64,000 nt of DNA from Anthoceros angustus (GCA_010909165.1 MU008211.1:124001-188000); one strand, 5' to 3'. Shown: positions 11,130-24,300, counted from the stretch's first letter. Made by a program: numbers and translations. Notes: generated by a model not told the origin, from the letters alone.

Positions 11130-12396
11130 CATCAATTATAAGGAGAAATGGTAACTTTATGGGATGCATTTTGGATGTTATAGAAGCTGGATACACATTT
11201 CAACGAGTAGACTACTATCACTTTACGTCAATTGCTAATTCAGGACAATAGTCGCAGACAAAGGGGGAGTGACTCTGCTGCGTTCTCTGAAATTGTTCTG
11301 CAGTTGCCGGATTTGTGGATTGCACACAAGGAATTTGGTTGGCGTGATTGCTTTATTGATGCTTCGATGTTAGATCCAAAGCATAGGAAGTTCCTGCCTC
11401 GCATTTCACTAGCTGATAGATTGAAAGGTGAGCAGGTCATGAGGTAGTTGGCACCTAGTACTAGAGAAGCTCATTGTGTTATGTTGCAATTCAATCACTA
11501 TCGGCTTAGACCCGGTAAGTTGTGCATTGATGAGGAGATACATTTCCAAGAAGAGTTTATGTATAACAGTGTGGAATGGTGGGAAGCGTATGGAGAGAAA
11601 TGTCCACAACTTGCAGATGTAACAATGAAGTTGTTGAACATTCCTCCAACTACAACAGGGGAGGAAAGAAACTAGAGTGCATAGAAACATGTCTGGCCTG
11701 ATAATAGAGCAAGAACTATGGTGGACAGGTTGGTAAGCTTGTTTATGTCTACTATAACAATAGAGTGTTAAAACGGCACAATGCTGCTGTTGAAGCAACA
11801 GATTGGAAGGATTGGATGGCGTACAAGTTTAGAAAGTCTTGAACTTATACACGTGGTTGTAAAAAGTGGCATGGAAGATGTCTGCCATGGGTAAATGGAG
11901 AATAATGAAGAAGGAGAGTGTGCTTGTCAGGAGGAGAGTGGAAACAATGAAGAAAGAGAATCTACCTCCGTTTTGAGCTTATAGGATTATTATGATGCAT
12001 GTTTACTTAAAATTATAGTATTTTACATACAAACTACAATATTACTAGTATATTATGTATGTTTACTTGAAATCTTTGTATTTAACACTTATTTTACATA
12101 CGTACATTACTTAGATTGTGTAAATTACATATGTCCTTACATTATGTATGCCATGTAATTTTACCAAATTTACGCGTGTCAACTTGCAATTTGGTGTAAT
12201 TTAAGTACGATAAAATAGTACCCTTACGGACCCCTTACTGTGGGGTAACGATAATTATACCGTAATTTATTTTGGTAATATAAGATGTAAAATAGGTAAA
12301 TTATAAAGCTGTAACCCTATTCATGCACCGTAATTTATTTTGGTAATGTAAAATGTAAAATAAGTAAATTGTAAAGCCATAACCCTATTCGCCCTA
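11130..12396 (+). mobile_element. hAT DNA transposon remnant (C-terminal transposase plus right end)
   Basis: EWWEAYGEKCPQLADVTMKLLNIPPTTTGEERN*S..KLVYVYYN (11570-11760) matches the hAT C-terminal dimerisation domain pattern. A 68-bp subterminal duplication lies at 12259-12390. The end ...accctattcgcccta reads TAGGGCG.. on the minus strand, hAT TIR-like. Left TIR not found. Confidence 0.7.
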
Positions 12397-12674
12397 GACT
12401 CCCACTCGTTCTGGTTCTCTGACCCCATTGGAACAACGAGAAAGATGTGTCCTAGATGCGTTCGTGGCCAGTAGTACATCACTGCAGTGAAGGTTATAGG
12501 TACAATGTGAAATCCTTGCATGCACGGACCAACCAATAGCCAAGCTCTTATGCCCTTCCCAAAACGGGAGTGAAGATGAGCTTTTGTTGGCCTTGGAATA
12601 TAAGGGTACAAAAGGATGGTTTGCAAAACCTAACCGAGTTGTTTATTGAGCAAGGATGCTACAACCCTTAAAAC

Positions 12675-13589
12675 TGTTGGTGAGAAAGGTCATGAAAGGA
12701 GGGAAGAGTTGCCTTGCTTTTGTTAATAACATGTTTTATCGTGAAGTGTCATGTCGTGTGATACTAATCTTTGCACTTGGGTTCAGTGTTTGATTAGCAT
12801 TAATTAATCTAATTACTTATCTTTAAGTAAGTAATTAGTGTTAATTAATCTAAGATGCTTATGTTAATTAAGCATTGATTAGTGTTAATTAATCGAAGGT
12901 GCTTGTAAGCATAGCATTCCTTGCATATTAAACATGGTTAGCAATAGCTAAGTGGATAAGCTCAAGTAATATGCTTTGGCATATTCCTTGCATATTATAG
13001 TGTATTCTTATATTTTTGCATACGATGCGCCAATAGGATATCTTAGGAATATATGCCAGGTCTAGTATATATAGACCCTTCCATTGAGGACAGCTCGGAT
13101 CATAGCTTGTCCTCTAGACATGCAAGCTGAGGAGGAGGCCAAAGCTATGACTCGAGAGCGATGTGTGAGGAATTTGCGTGTTGTTCTCGTGGGAGAGTGT
13201 GTTTGTGCCACGATGTGCGAGCTACTCCCCCATTGGGCTATGATCTAGACGCTGGAGGCTGGATGCTAGGCAACGCTAGGCGATGCTAGGCGATGCTAGG
13301 CGATGCTAGGCGATGCTAGGCGAGGCTGCGAGGCGACGCTAGCTCTTTAAGCAAGTAGGCAAGGGACTCAAGTGTGCCCAAGGCTTGAGGCAGAGGGACC
13401 CAAGCCCAAGGCCAAGGAGAGGAGGCGAAGAAGCCCAAGTCCAAGGCCAAGGAGAGGAGAGGCGAAGAAGCCCAAGGCCAAGGAGAGGAATGAGGCCTCC
13501 ATAAGGCCTTTTAAGGCCAACCAAGGGAGAAACAAGAGTATTTTACTCTTGGGCCCCGATTCCAAGGGATAAGGGGAAGCGGATAGACA
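12675..13589 (+). repeat. Putative 5' LTR of the methyltransferase-bearing gypsy element
   Basis: Begins TGTTGG and ends GACA, followed by TGGGTATG (weak PBS-like). TATA-like TATATATAG near 13066. No partner LTR in the window, so the boundaries are tentative. Confidence 0.4.
13262..13323. repeat. 10-bp tandem repeat (GATGCTAGGC) x~6
   Basis: Direct reading of 13261-13325. Confidence 0.9.
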
Positions 13590-16249
13590 TGGGTATGTCA
13601 TCCATTTGATTTCACTTTCTGTCCAAAAGTCCTAGTTGGCACCCCATCCAGGTAATCGATTAACTGGAGTTCCTATGCCTTTGCTATCCAACTCACCCAG
13701 CTCACTTTTTTGATAGCCTGCAGTATTTCTATGCAATTTTAACATGCATAGATACTTAGAGGTTTCACTAATCACGATCTAAGATAGCGGGTGTGTTAAC
13801 CTTGATTAAGGGTTTGATCTAGCCACTAACCGCCTGGAGTGCATGCCCGACACACTCGATCCGGACGGAGCTACCAACCAGAAGTCCATCGAGCGAATTC
13901 AAGTCCCGACCAAGAGGGAGAAGTGCGAACACCTCGATTTTGGTACCACCGGGACGGAGGAACCCAACACAATCAACAATCTTTGAAGGATCCGTGGCAA
14001 CACACAAGACACGTTAGTCGACAACTCGGAAGCAAGCGAGGAGGACTTGTCTCTTGGAGTCGTCAAGATGGGAGGAGACAAGGATCGAATGGAGTTGTTC
14101 ACAGACGAGGCACCTTGCCACCGGAGGACTTCATCGAGAAATGCAGTGCGGTGTGTGCGGAGATGGAATTGAAGACCGACACACGGCGATACGGCTTCAT
14201 CCAAATGCCAAGTACTTGGGGATGAAGCATTGGCGTGCTATCGCGAGCACAAGGCGAGGTTGTTGAGCGCACATGGAGGACCAGTGAGTAGCGCTCAAGC
14301 TGGGGAGAACAAAGAAAGGGCACGATCCCATCAAGAGATGTTTGACATCTTCCCCGGAGTTTCGCAAGAATGAGAAGATCTCCGAGTGACACACTTCAAG
14401 ATGAAGTCAGCGAGACCGCCAAGATGGCTTATCAAGAATCGACTTGGTACGTGACACCAAGATCATGAGTGACCGATGGCGCAGAGAAGTACTTGCATTG
14501 CCATATGCACGCGATGAAGGTGCAACAAGCGGTGCACAAGACGGGCAACACTACACCCTCAAGGAAGTGTACGAGATGGTCGACAAGATAGGGCCCACGA
14601 CACTTTCTCTCGTGCGCAAGTGATTACTCCAGACAAGTAGGAGTGGTGGACGCGACGACGGAGGTCGAGTGGAGGAGCTGAGACAAGCCACCCACACCCA
14701 AGTGACGAGCCCTGCGTGAGGTGCCGAGGACGGACCATTCCCCTCATGAGTGCGAGCATGCATTCGGAGGAGTCAAGGGTGAGGAGTGTGGAGGTACGGC
14801 ACAATGAAGCGGCATGTTGGGAGAAGCATCCGAATTGCGCTCACGGGTTATCGAGCAACCCCGCCAATGCATCTCGCCAACCTCATCCACAAAATGAAGA
14901 GCAAAGGCGTGGAGGAGGCAGGAAGTCCCGTGGACAAAAGAAACGGGAAGACATGGACAAACTACGGCACGCCTTGCAAAGCTGGAGAAGTTGGTGCGAA
15001 GGCGAAGATCAAGGAGAGCAGCTCATCATCAGGACGAAGAAGATGAGCACAAGCTTGGATACATGGCGACGTGACCAGATCCAAGGGCAGGAAGAAACCT
15101 CCGGGCCTACGAGAGAAGATAGCTCGAGGAAGAAGAGGATGTCTTGACACCGCAGGCGGAAGACACGGAAGGAAGCTTCGGATCCTCTTCCCGAACCTAT
15201 GCCAAGATGCCAAAGTCGTTTGAGCCATTGCCAGGAGCAACTGTGGAGCAACATCAAAGTCCGTGAGTGGCGATGTGGAGAAACCCATGCAGATTGTCGA
15301 CGAGACGATGGCACAAAAGCTCGGAGATGCCATGTTTCACCTACAAGACATGGGGTTGAGCGTGAAGGAAGTCGGGGTTTGACTCGGCGGATGTTGACAA
15401 CCCTTGAAGACGAAGCAAGTGTCCAAGATGTGCCACAACAGTGGCAATGATGTCATTGCGACCTCGAGCCAAGCATCTCGTGGAGCAATGCGAGGGGAGT
15501 GGCTTTGGTCAACAATCGGGAGAGGCACATTGAAATCAATGGATTCGCACCAAGGAGGGTGTTGATTGACACCGGAGCAGCCGGTGATCGTTGGAAGAAG
15601 AGTGAAGGAAGCGTTGGGTCTCCACCAAGAAAGGTTGAAGGAAACCAAGTGGAAGATCCGAGCAGGGACCACGGAGCATGTGTTGGGGTGACAAGGTACA
15701 AGCTGAAGGTTTCATTCAAACCAAGAACAGCAGACTTCACCTTTGTCGAGGTACACCGCTGGTCACCGATGCGTATACATTTGATGTCTTTGGAGCGGAC
15801 GCTTTGTACAAACCTCGAGTCATGGTGGATTTGTGGACGGAGATGCCTACTATCGACCGGCTGGAGAAGCTGGAGCAAAACCGATGAACGGATTGTGCAT
15901 CCCTCTGCAATGCATGGCAAGGATCATGAGAACCTCATTGCCAGCGCTCACCCGGTTTGGCGCCAGTGAAGGAAGGACACGCCATACGTGCTTGAACCTC
16001 TTGGCGTGTGTCTAACAACCGCAATCGACGATGGAGGATTTCGACGAGGAGGAAAACAAGCTAGGGTTGCAACCACCCTGGAGGAGGTTCTTCAAGTCAC
16101 CGGACGGAGCTGGTGACTGCAGCAATGAGCCGTGCAAAAGTGGAGGATGGTGCAAGAGGACCGGTCCTATGAGGAGAACTCTGTAAGTTCTTGCCTAGGG
16201 TTGAGCCTGTTTGTGACCTAAACACCTGTGTCATCACATGGCGACCTCG

Positions 16250-17160
16250 GAAGACGGCATAGTGCTCGTGGAACTCTTTGGAGGCATCGCTTGAAGGCTA
16301 AAGTGTGGCATCAAAGTGCGAAGATACGTGCATTGTGACCCGGATCCAAAAGCAAGGATTGTGTCACGTATGTAAGAGACTTGATGGGGAGTACCTAACC
16401 TCGACGTGGGAGTCGTGAAGGGTTACCGGCGGCGCCGATGGATGTTCGCATGATAGGGTTGTCCCATTTGAGTTGTCTTGGGCAACCGTGGACCTTGTCA
16501 TCGCAGTTGGGAGTGTCAAGGACTATCCTCTGCAGTAAGGGTCAAGGTCTCAAGGATCCACGAACAGCATTGTTCTATGACTGATGAGGATCTTGCGCTT
16601 GATCCGTAAAGGGCAAGAAAGGCCTTGTGGATACATGTTGGAGAATGTGCCAAGATGCATGAGCGTGAAGAAGCAAGTTCGGAGGACTTTGCCACGATCC
16701 GAGGAGTGTTGGGTCGAGCTTCTATTGGATGCACTCAATTTGGTTCGAGGGCTCATAGGTTGAGGTCCATGTGGACTAACCTTGCTCCCTTGGAACATTT
16801 GAAGTGTGCGAGGTCGCTCACCAAGCGACCTAATCATGTTGTCAAGGATGTGCTAGCATCGGAAGGCATGCCCAACAAGTCATCAAGACCGACAAGCCGC
16901 CGACTTCGTGAACACGCCTGACACCCCATGGCGGCTTGGCCAACCTTTGTGTCTAAGTCCAAGTCTTACGCCTTCAGGAACCATGGCTTGTTGTGGTGAT
17001 GACATGGCGAGGTTTTGGGAGAGCCAACCCACAGAGAGGGAGTTGGCCATGGATTTGATGCGGAGCCACGAAGACACCGGAGTGACCGAGAAGGAACGGT
17101 GTCGATTGCTTGGGCAAGCATTTGACGTGAACATGATGACTGGTTGTTTAGCTGGAGTCG
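16250..17160 (+). CDS. DNMT3-like C5 cytosine methyltransferase domain inside gypsy pol (broken by several small indels)
   Basis: Motif I IVLVELFGGI..LKCGIKVRRYV (16259-16330). Motif IV VDLVIA(G)WECQGLS (16488-16528). Motif VI GYMLENVP (16629-16652). Motif VIII FGSRAHRLRSMWTNL (16739-16783). Motif IX PTERELAM (~17028). Motif X ERCRLLGQAFDV (~17094-17129). Order and spacing parallel the DNMT3 catalytic domain. Confidence 0.85.
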
Positions 17161-19514
17161 CTACCAACTTCAAACCAAGAAGGCGGGGTTGAAGAGCGGG
17201 TTCGGTGGGTGAAGGACATTCCAAGACTCGCATCTCAACAGGAGAAGGCGAGTTTGGAGGGCAAGGAGAGCGAGCACGAGAAGCGCAAGCCATCTCGAGC
17301 CACAACCACATGAGTGGTTAACAGCGCCGAGTTGAAGAGCAATCAACGGCCCTAAAGGAGTTGTTGGAGGCATCGCGACATGTGTTTGCTTTCACGCTTG
17401 CGGAGATGGGGAAGTACACCAAAGGGAAGTTCCACATAGAATCGACCACGGATGAACCAAAGGTTCCGCAGAGGCGTGCTCAAGGCCGAGTGGGATTTGG
17501 TTGAGAATCGATGCCAAGAGCTTCTCAAGCTAGGGCTGATTCGACGATCTAACTCGAAGACGCAATGCGATGTGCTTCCGAAAAGAAGGATGAGAATGGA
17601 TTGTGGACGGAGAGGAGAATGTGTGGTGACTATCGGCCGCTGAACGATAATCCCACATGACCACTATCCCATGCCGACGGTCAAGAGATCTTCGACACCA
17701 TTGGGTCTGCCAAGTTCTTCTCAACATTGGACTTGAGGCTAGGGTTTCACCAAGTAGAGATCGCCGAAGAAGACAAGAAGAAAACGGCGTTCTGGGGCAG
17801 AGATTTCTTGTACGAGTGGAACTACATGCCATTTGGGTTGAAAACATCGCCAACGCAGCTCCAAAGATACATGGACAATGAGCTCAAGGACTTGCCTTTC
17901 ACCAAGTACTACATTGATGATGTCATCATCTTCAGCAATACCTTTGAGGAGCATCTACAACATCTTCGAGCGCCTTTTGCTAGAGGGCCGCCAGGGTTGA
18001 AGGCCCATCCAGGGAAGTGTCGATTTGGAGAGGATAAGGTGTTGTACTTGGGTCATTGGATCACGCGACGGATCTCGCCGCATGCCACCAAGGTGGAGGC
18101 AATCGCATTCCTGTGCCAAACGACATCTCGTTGAGGGCATTCTTGGGTTGTGTTACTACAAGTTCATTCCGCGGATGAGCAGGATTGCGCCATTGAATGA
18201 CTTGTTGAAGAAGTTGGTGACTTGGCGTTGGACTCAAGAGGAGGAGTCGGCTTTCATGGAGTTGAAGGGTAGACTCATGAGCTCGCCAATTCTTGGTCAT
18301 CCAAACTTCGAAGCGCTCGATTTTTAATCGATTGGAGCAAGTACGATAGGCGCCTTGGCGATCAATGACAAGGAAGAGGAACATGTCATTGCTGCCGGGA
18401 GCAACAACCAAAGTGAGTCCAACTACTCATGAAGGAGAATGTCTTGCAGAGGTGGGGCGGACACTTTCGTCCGCATTGTTTGGACATCAATTTCGACGAT
18501 CACCACCATCAACCCTTGCAGTTGATGACGAACGCCAAGCTTACAGGAAAGCCGAGGTGGGCTCATTCTCCGTGAGTATGACTTTGTCATCGAACACCGA
18601 GCGTAGAGTTCACTCTAATGATGGGTTGTCAAGGAATCCTCTACCTGAACGAAGACGGGCCGGGGCAAGATTCATGACGAGCAACCTACCGGGGGAGAGT
18701 AGTCCAGATACCATGTTGGCTATGCTGCATGAGGATGTCAAGATGCCTCCACTCATCGCTTTGTATGCAGAGTCCGTCGGACATCCGGGCGGATGCAGCG
18801 GTGACCTTCCTAAGGTCGGGAATTGCCACAAGGGCTTTCATCTCGAGGCCAAGCTACGCGAGAAGGTGGCTCGGATTATTGGAAGGAGGACATAATGTAT
18901 GTCCGTGATTCTGCGGGAGATAGAATTGTACCCAAGCCGGAGGACCGGGTGAGACTCATCACCCAGGTGCATGAAGGCTTAGGGCATTTTGGTGCTAAGC
19001 GCACCTACAGCATGCTCAGGCCCACACACTTCTGGGCAAGGATGTATGGAGATGTGGAAAGGCTGGTCGCAGAATGTAGAGTGTGCGATCGAGTGAAGGC
19101 AAGGTTCACAGCCAATGATGTTGTGCTTCACTCTCTGCCGATCCGAGGACTCTTCTACAGGTGGAGTGTGGATCTCATGCCAGACATGCCAGAGACGCGT
19201 ACTGGAAACAAGCATGTCATGCTAATGGTGGAGCATTTCAGCAAGTGGTGCGAGGTTGCCATCTTACCCAAGCGTGACTCGGCTTACCAAGAAGGCGCTT
19301 GGCTTCCGCTCTAGTCGATATGGAGCATGTGCGAGGTTCTCACCGACTGTGGCAAGAATTCGTGGGAATTTCAAGACTTGCTTGACAGAGCTTGATTGAT
19401 CATCGACGTCGCCGAGATCATCCTCAAGCCGATGGACTTGCTGAACGCTTGGTGCAGACCTTCAAGCGGGCCTTGCGAAAGTATTGTCTCACAAATGACC
19501 CGGATGAAGGGATG

Positions 19515-19901
19515 TGTCATGACACCCCGGTGTTGTGTTCGGTGAAGGGGTATGTGGGTGGATGCATGTGCGTGAGTATGGTATGTATGTCTGCTTATGG
19601 GCATGCATGTATGGTGGGAATGTATGATGGATATGCATGCGAGGCTGAACATGTGTGTGTAAGTTCTGAGGGTGGTCACGAATCGCGTGTGGGCAGCGGG
19701 TGTCGAAACCGTGACCGGTAAGGGCGGAGTTTGAAGGTTACGACGCGCGCCGACGTCTTTTCGTGGAGGAGGTGTCGGATGACCGTGATTCGGCGAGGGA
19801 AGGCGCGCCAAGCACTTAGGCAGTATAAGATAGCAAGCAATCCGCAGTAGCCGGTGGATTGCTGATGTTTGTTCTTGGGAGCAGCCATACGGATCCCAAC
19901 A
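19515..19901. mobile_element. ~390-bp insertion in the integrase (solo-LTR-like, TG...CA)
   Basis: Integrase-like text (..LTNDPDE) stops at tgtcatgacacccc and resumes with FPWTA after ggatcccaaca. The insert looks non-coding, is ATG/GT-rich and has a TATAAGA. No clean TSD. Confidence 0.45.
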
Positions 19902-20248
19902 TAGCAGGAAGGAGTTCCCTTGGACAGCTGTAGCTCTTGGGAAGTGTGGATGAGCGGGTTTGGACCCTACATCCAAGCTGAAATGAAATTTTGCACATCA
20001 GCAATCCCATGAGTCTGGACCGCATGCGTGACTCAAAAGGCCGCTAAGCCAGCGAGTGTCATGGAAGGGAACTCAAGGACGCACGTATGACGGTGGAGCA
20101 TACGATAAGTCCATGGTGAATGATGATGAGGATGAGACTACTACACATGTTGTTTTATCGGTCCATTCCATTTACGTGCCTAGCGTAACTAGAACCCATA
20201 TTTGTGGAGGTTGTGGGATGAAGTGATCGAAACCGCTGCTCATGGTCA

Positions 20249-21300
20249 TTGACTCAAGGAAGAGCCAACACTAACTTTGATGAAATGCCATACATAATTC
20301 TCGCAAAGGAAGGGATTGGTAAGGTAATGGTGTTTCTGCGGTCTGGGTGGACAAACGAGTTTACTCCTATTCAGGAAGCTCGCAGTCCTGTCACGCAATA
20401 TCCTTCAGTCCATAGGCCAAGTGGTCAGATTGAGAGGGTGTACAGTCCCATCCGATCCATAGCATTTGAAGAGAGTGGTGGTGGAGTCGGAATGGAATAC
20501 AAGATAGCGCCTAGTAAAAATGATGTGTTCACCGGATATGGCAAGCATGTCGCATTGAATTTGAGGAAAAGTTCGTGGGCAATCGATGAGATGGTGCTCA
20601 AGTACAAGTCAACCACGCGAAATGGCGCTGAGGAACATGAGCACGTTTCTTGGCAGGAGAGGCGACTTACCGTGATCGCAAGGATCGACCCGCAGATGCG
20701 ACTCCGCCAGGCAAGAATGGCCAAGAAGATGTTGAAAGCGATGAAGTGGAGGAGGCGCCCACACAAATCGATGCCATTACATACTTGGTGGATGAAATGT
20801 TCGGAAATGTTTCCGTATCCTCTATAGAGAAGATTCGGGAGCTAAATTTACCATCAAGCCCAACAAACCTCTCGGATCCGCCTATTTGAGGTTGAGACAA
20901 TCGCGAAAGACACGCTGTGAAGACGATGCGAAGCCGCATCTATAGGCCGCTTCTAGGAAGACAAAGAAGGGTGATTGCTAATTCCCATATGATGCATGGT
21001 GCCGACTATGAGCTAGAACAAGCCTTGAGATGGCCGAAAGGGTCATGAAGGGCGACGATGACAAGTGCCATCGGGAGGAGCATAATCAAGAGGACAGAAA
21101 GATGCCATGAACAACCTAAGGTTTCAAAGGACCACGCAGGCGAGCACGCCTGTGAACATCATGGAATTCCCTAACCAAAGAACACGCGCCACAGCGTGGT
21201 CACCAACAAAGCAACTTGAAATGTCTTCGTGCAGGGGCCTAACCTTCGAGGTGAGTATCTATTGGGGGTCGACCAGAGAAGGACAATAAATGTGTGCCAA
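20249..21300 (+). other. Unassigned coding-like segment downstream of integrase A
   Basis: A 192-aa ORF (20249-20827) with overlapping continuations. No chromodomain or other motif recognised. Cut at 21310 by the LTR of element B. Confidence 0.3.
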
Positions 21301-21309
21301 AACCGGATA

Positions 21310-24300
21310 TGTGGCGCGATTTTTTGTCGACGGGATGAAGCGCCCCATAGGAAGGAGTCCCAAGGAATGACAGACTGGCGCGAGCGCTTCAGCGATTCTC
21401 GCCTTTACTTAAGCGTCGTTTTCACCCCAACGCACACTCCAGTCACGCCTAACTACTCGCGACAAACACCACAAAGCAGGCCGGTATGGCCAAACGCGAG
21501 CCTGGGCCGTCTGCTGCTCACGCTCGCCTCTCCCTCTCTCCACCACACCACACCCTGGATGAAGGAAAGACGCGGATTACATAGTTCAACCTCCTCCGCT
21601 CTACGGGCCTTCTCCGGTCAAGCCAGACGCCCTAAACCCTCCGGCTACTCACGCTCGGCTGCTGCCTCGACGCAGCACGGGTCCCCGCCACCTCGCACAC
21701 ACCACAACACGTTAGGTCCGCTACTGACCGACGATCCTCTCGGGCGCCGGCTCGTCACGTGACTCACGTAAGAAGACAGCACAAGAACGCTGGCATCAAC
21801 ACCGAGAAAGATGATTTATCTGTGGTCAGCCCTTATACTACGCCTGTCGGCGCCTTTATTACACCCCTATTCGAGCCGACGCCACAAGATGCCCTAATCG
21901 GCCGCCTACCATCCTATTTCCTCCCCTATCTCCTTCGTGGTGGGTGGAAGGTCCTGGTTCCGCCTTGGGATTGGTGGTCCACTCCTCGCTCGATATTATA
22001 CAAGACCCAATCGGATGATGATCCGCGAGGCGGACCTCCTCTCCCGAACTCGCCGTTATCGGCGGGTCCGACGACCGCCGCCACAACGTCATCCTCGCCT
22101 CCTGGTCCTTCCTCCAGGCCACCGCTTCCCTGTAGCGTAAGTCGGCGGCTCCTCATCGCCGCTGACCTCGAGGTCCGGTCGTCTCGACTCCGGCTCTCGG
22201 GTCCGCCATTTCGACCTGGGTTCGACCTCGTGGTCGGACCGGGGTTTTCCCCAAGCTCCTGACCCTTCCCGTGGGACCTCGCATCGCTAGGTCCTCCTCC
22301 TTACCACCGACCCTTGTCTTGGTCGGGTTTTCTCCTGCACCTCAGCCCTCACCCCTTCCGGAAGGGTGGTGGTGAACTTACCTCTGGCCCCGCCTCCTTG
22401 GGGCTCTTTCACGCCGTGCCTTCCAAACAGGCCCCTAGGGTCCCCTGCGTCGCCCTTCCCTTCTTCCTCCGAAGCCTTCCACCGCTCGGCGCCGAGGCCT
22501 CTACCGCTTCAGAGCTCAATAGGTAAAGTCCGAATCCACTTGTCGATTGCCTCTTCCACGCGCCCGGATACCCTTCGCCATAGGTGCTCCTGCTCGAGCC
22601 GAGCCGGCTCGCTGCTCCACCTCCCCGCCAGTTTGATAGCCGGAGCCGGCCGCTCGCGAGGTCGCCGGCGGCCACCTCCCCGCAGCCGCCGCGCTCCACT
22701 TGCTCCAACTCCCTCCGCTCACGCCGCCTGCCCGCCATAACGCAGCTCCCTTCCGACTTCACCGACCAAGCTCCCGCCGCCCGCTCTCGCCATTCATGCC
22801 TGCCATCTCCTCTGCATTTGCCGCAACGCCAGATCGCTGCCAGTTCTTTCTATGGCGACGCCCCGCCTGCTCCATCGCCTCGAACCAACAGCCGGAGCAT
22901 TTTGGCCGCTGCTCACCACCCGCAGACTACCATTCCTCTCAATGATAGTTTGAGCCCAGCCTGTCTCCTTGCGGTCCTCCATCTCCCGCCGCCCACCTCC
23001 CGGAGCCGAGTCCGAGATCCTCCATCTCCTTGTCGTAACTTGGCCTCGGCTGGCCCGCTGCTCCGCCACCTCCTCGCCCATCTTCGTGCAGAGCTGAGGC
23101 GCCTATCTCCGTCAAGTCCCGGATTCTCCCATTGAGAACCCTTGTCGCGCCCGACGCCTTGGAGTTGTAACCCAAGGTGTCCTCTGCCTCCAGCCTCCCG
23201 CCGCCCCTTCTACCTCCCGCACTGCTACCGAGGTCCCCGATTTCGGCCTCAGTTTCGACGGCTCGTCCGCTTGCTCCGCCACCGGCCTTCGATTGGCTGG
23301 CTCTCGCCTCCTCCACCGGCCCGATCACGCCTGATAGTGATCGCGACGGCCCGCCCGCCTCCTGGCCACCTCACCGAGCCTCCTGCCTGGCTCGTCTCCG
23401 GCCGCCTCCGCCAGTCCCGCCTGCTCTCCGGCGCCTCGCCTCCCACCCTCGCCTCAGAGGTCCTCCTGGGCCTCCTTAGCCTGCTCACTGCCTCCACTGG
23501 AATTTGGTCCGGCCCTGCGGATGGACCAGACCTCCTCCGCCTCCCCGCTTCCTCTCAATCCGGCCGAGAGCTTCGGCCTTCCTTCGCCTCCTGGCCCCTC
23601 CAACCGCCTCCCGGAGGAGTACCATGCGCCCGGTGGCTTCTACCTCCGGGTCTTCTCGGCCATCCCAGAGACTAAAGCATACCGTCCATGACGGTGCTGG
23701 ACCCGTGTTTCTTCCACGGCCGCCGTGAGGCTCCCACAAAGTCCGAGAGTGAGCCGTGATTTCACGGTCCGCCAAGGACCTCCATAGTCCGAGTAAGTCC
23801 GGACTGGGTTCTCGGACCTAATCAGACCCTTAGGTCCCCGAGGCCGAGCCCGAGCTTCACCTCCTTGGCCCTTTTGGCCATGAGCTCCTTCTCCGCCTCT
23901 TTCTCCTGGGCTCGAGGAGGTGAGGGAGTCCGGAGCAAGCCCTTTTGCCCTTCCCCGCGGCCAGACGGCTCGGTGGCCGCCGCTGTCCTCCGCCTCCCGG
24001 CCCCTTCTCGCCTCCCATCGCTTCTCCACTCCGGCAAGTAAGGGCACTGCACCGCACCGAGGTGCCACAGCCGTGGGTCTTGCGCCTTCTCGGCTCTCCC
24101 GGTCCGCGGGCTCACCGTGGGGTTGTGGCGTGGGGCCGGGCCGCTGCCTCGCTGACCGGGCCGCCCGGTTGGGGCACTGTGAGGAGGGAAGCGGGAATTT
24201 CTTCCCATACTGGGTGGTGAGGGGTCCGCTCTGACGATGGAGTCCGGAATCCTCCCGGCCCTCCTCCCGAGTCCGCTTGGCTTCGACGATCGGCCTCCTC

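Larger units (their letters stand above)
13840..20100 (+). mobile_element. Ty3/gypsy LTR retrotransposon A internal region: gag - protease - C5 DNA methyltransferase - RT - RNase H - integrase (frameshifted)
   Basis: Protease VLIDTGA at ~15560. RT LDLRLGFHQV..TAFWG..MPFGLKTSP..YIDDVIIFS at 17727-17940, then RNase H. Integrase HEGLGHFG..CRVC and WSVDLM..VEHFSKW at 18950-19260, and GLAERLVQTFK at ~19435. The order RT-RH-INT is gypsy. Confidence 0.9.

Noticed and set aside
10570-12404. gactcccc (10570) and gactccca (12397) as an 8-bp hAT TSD
   Set aside because: Only a 7/8 match, and the sequence after 10577 does not resemble the right-hand TIR.
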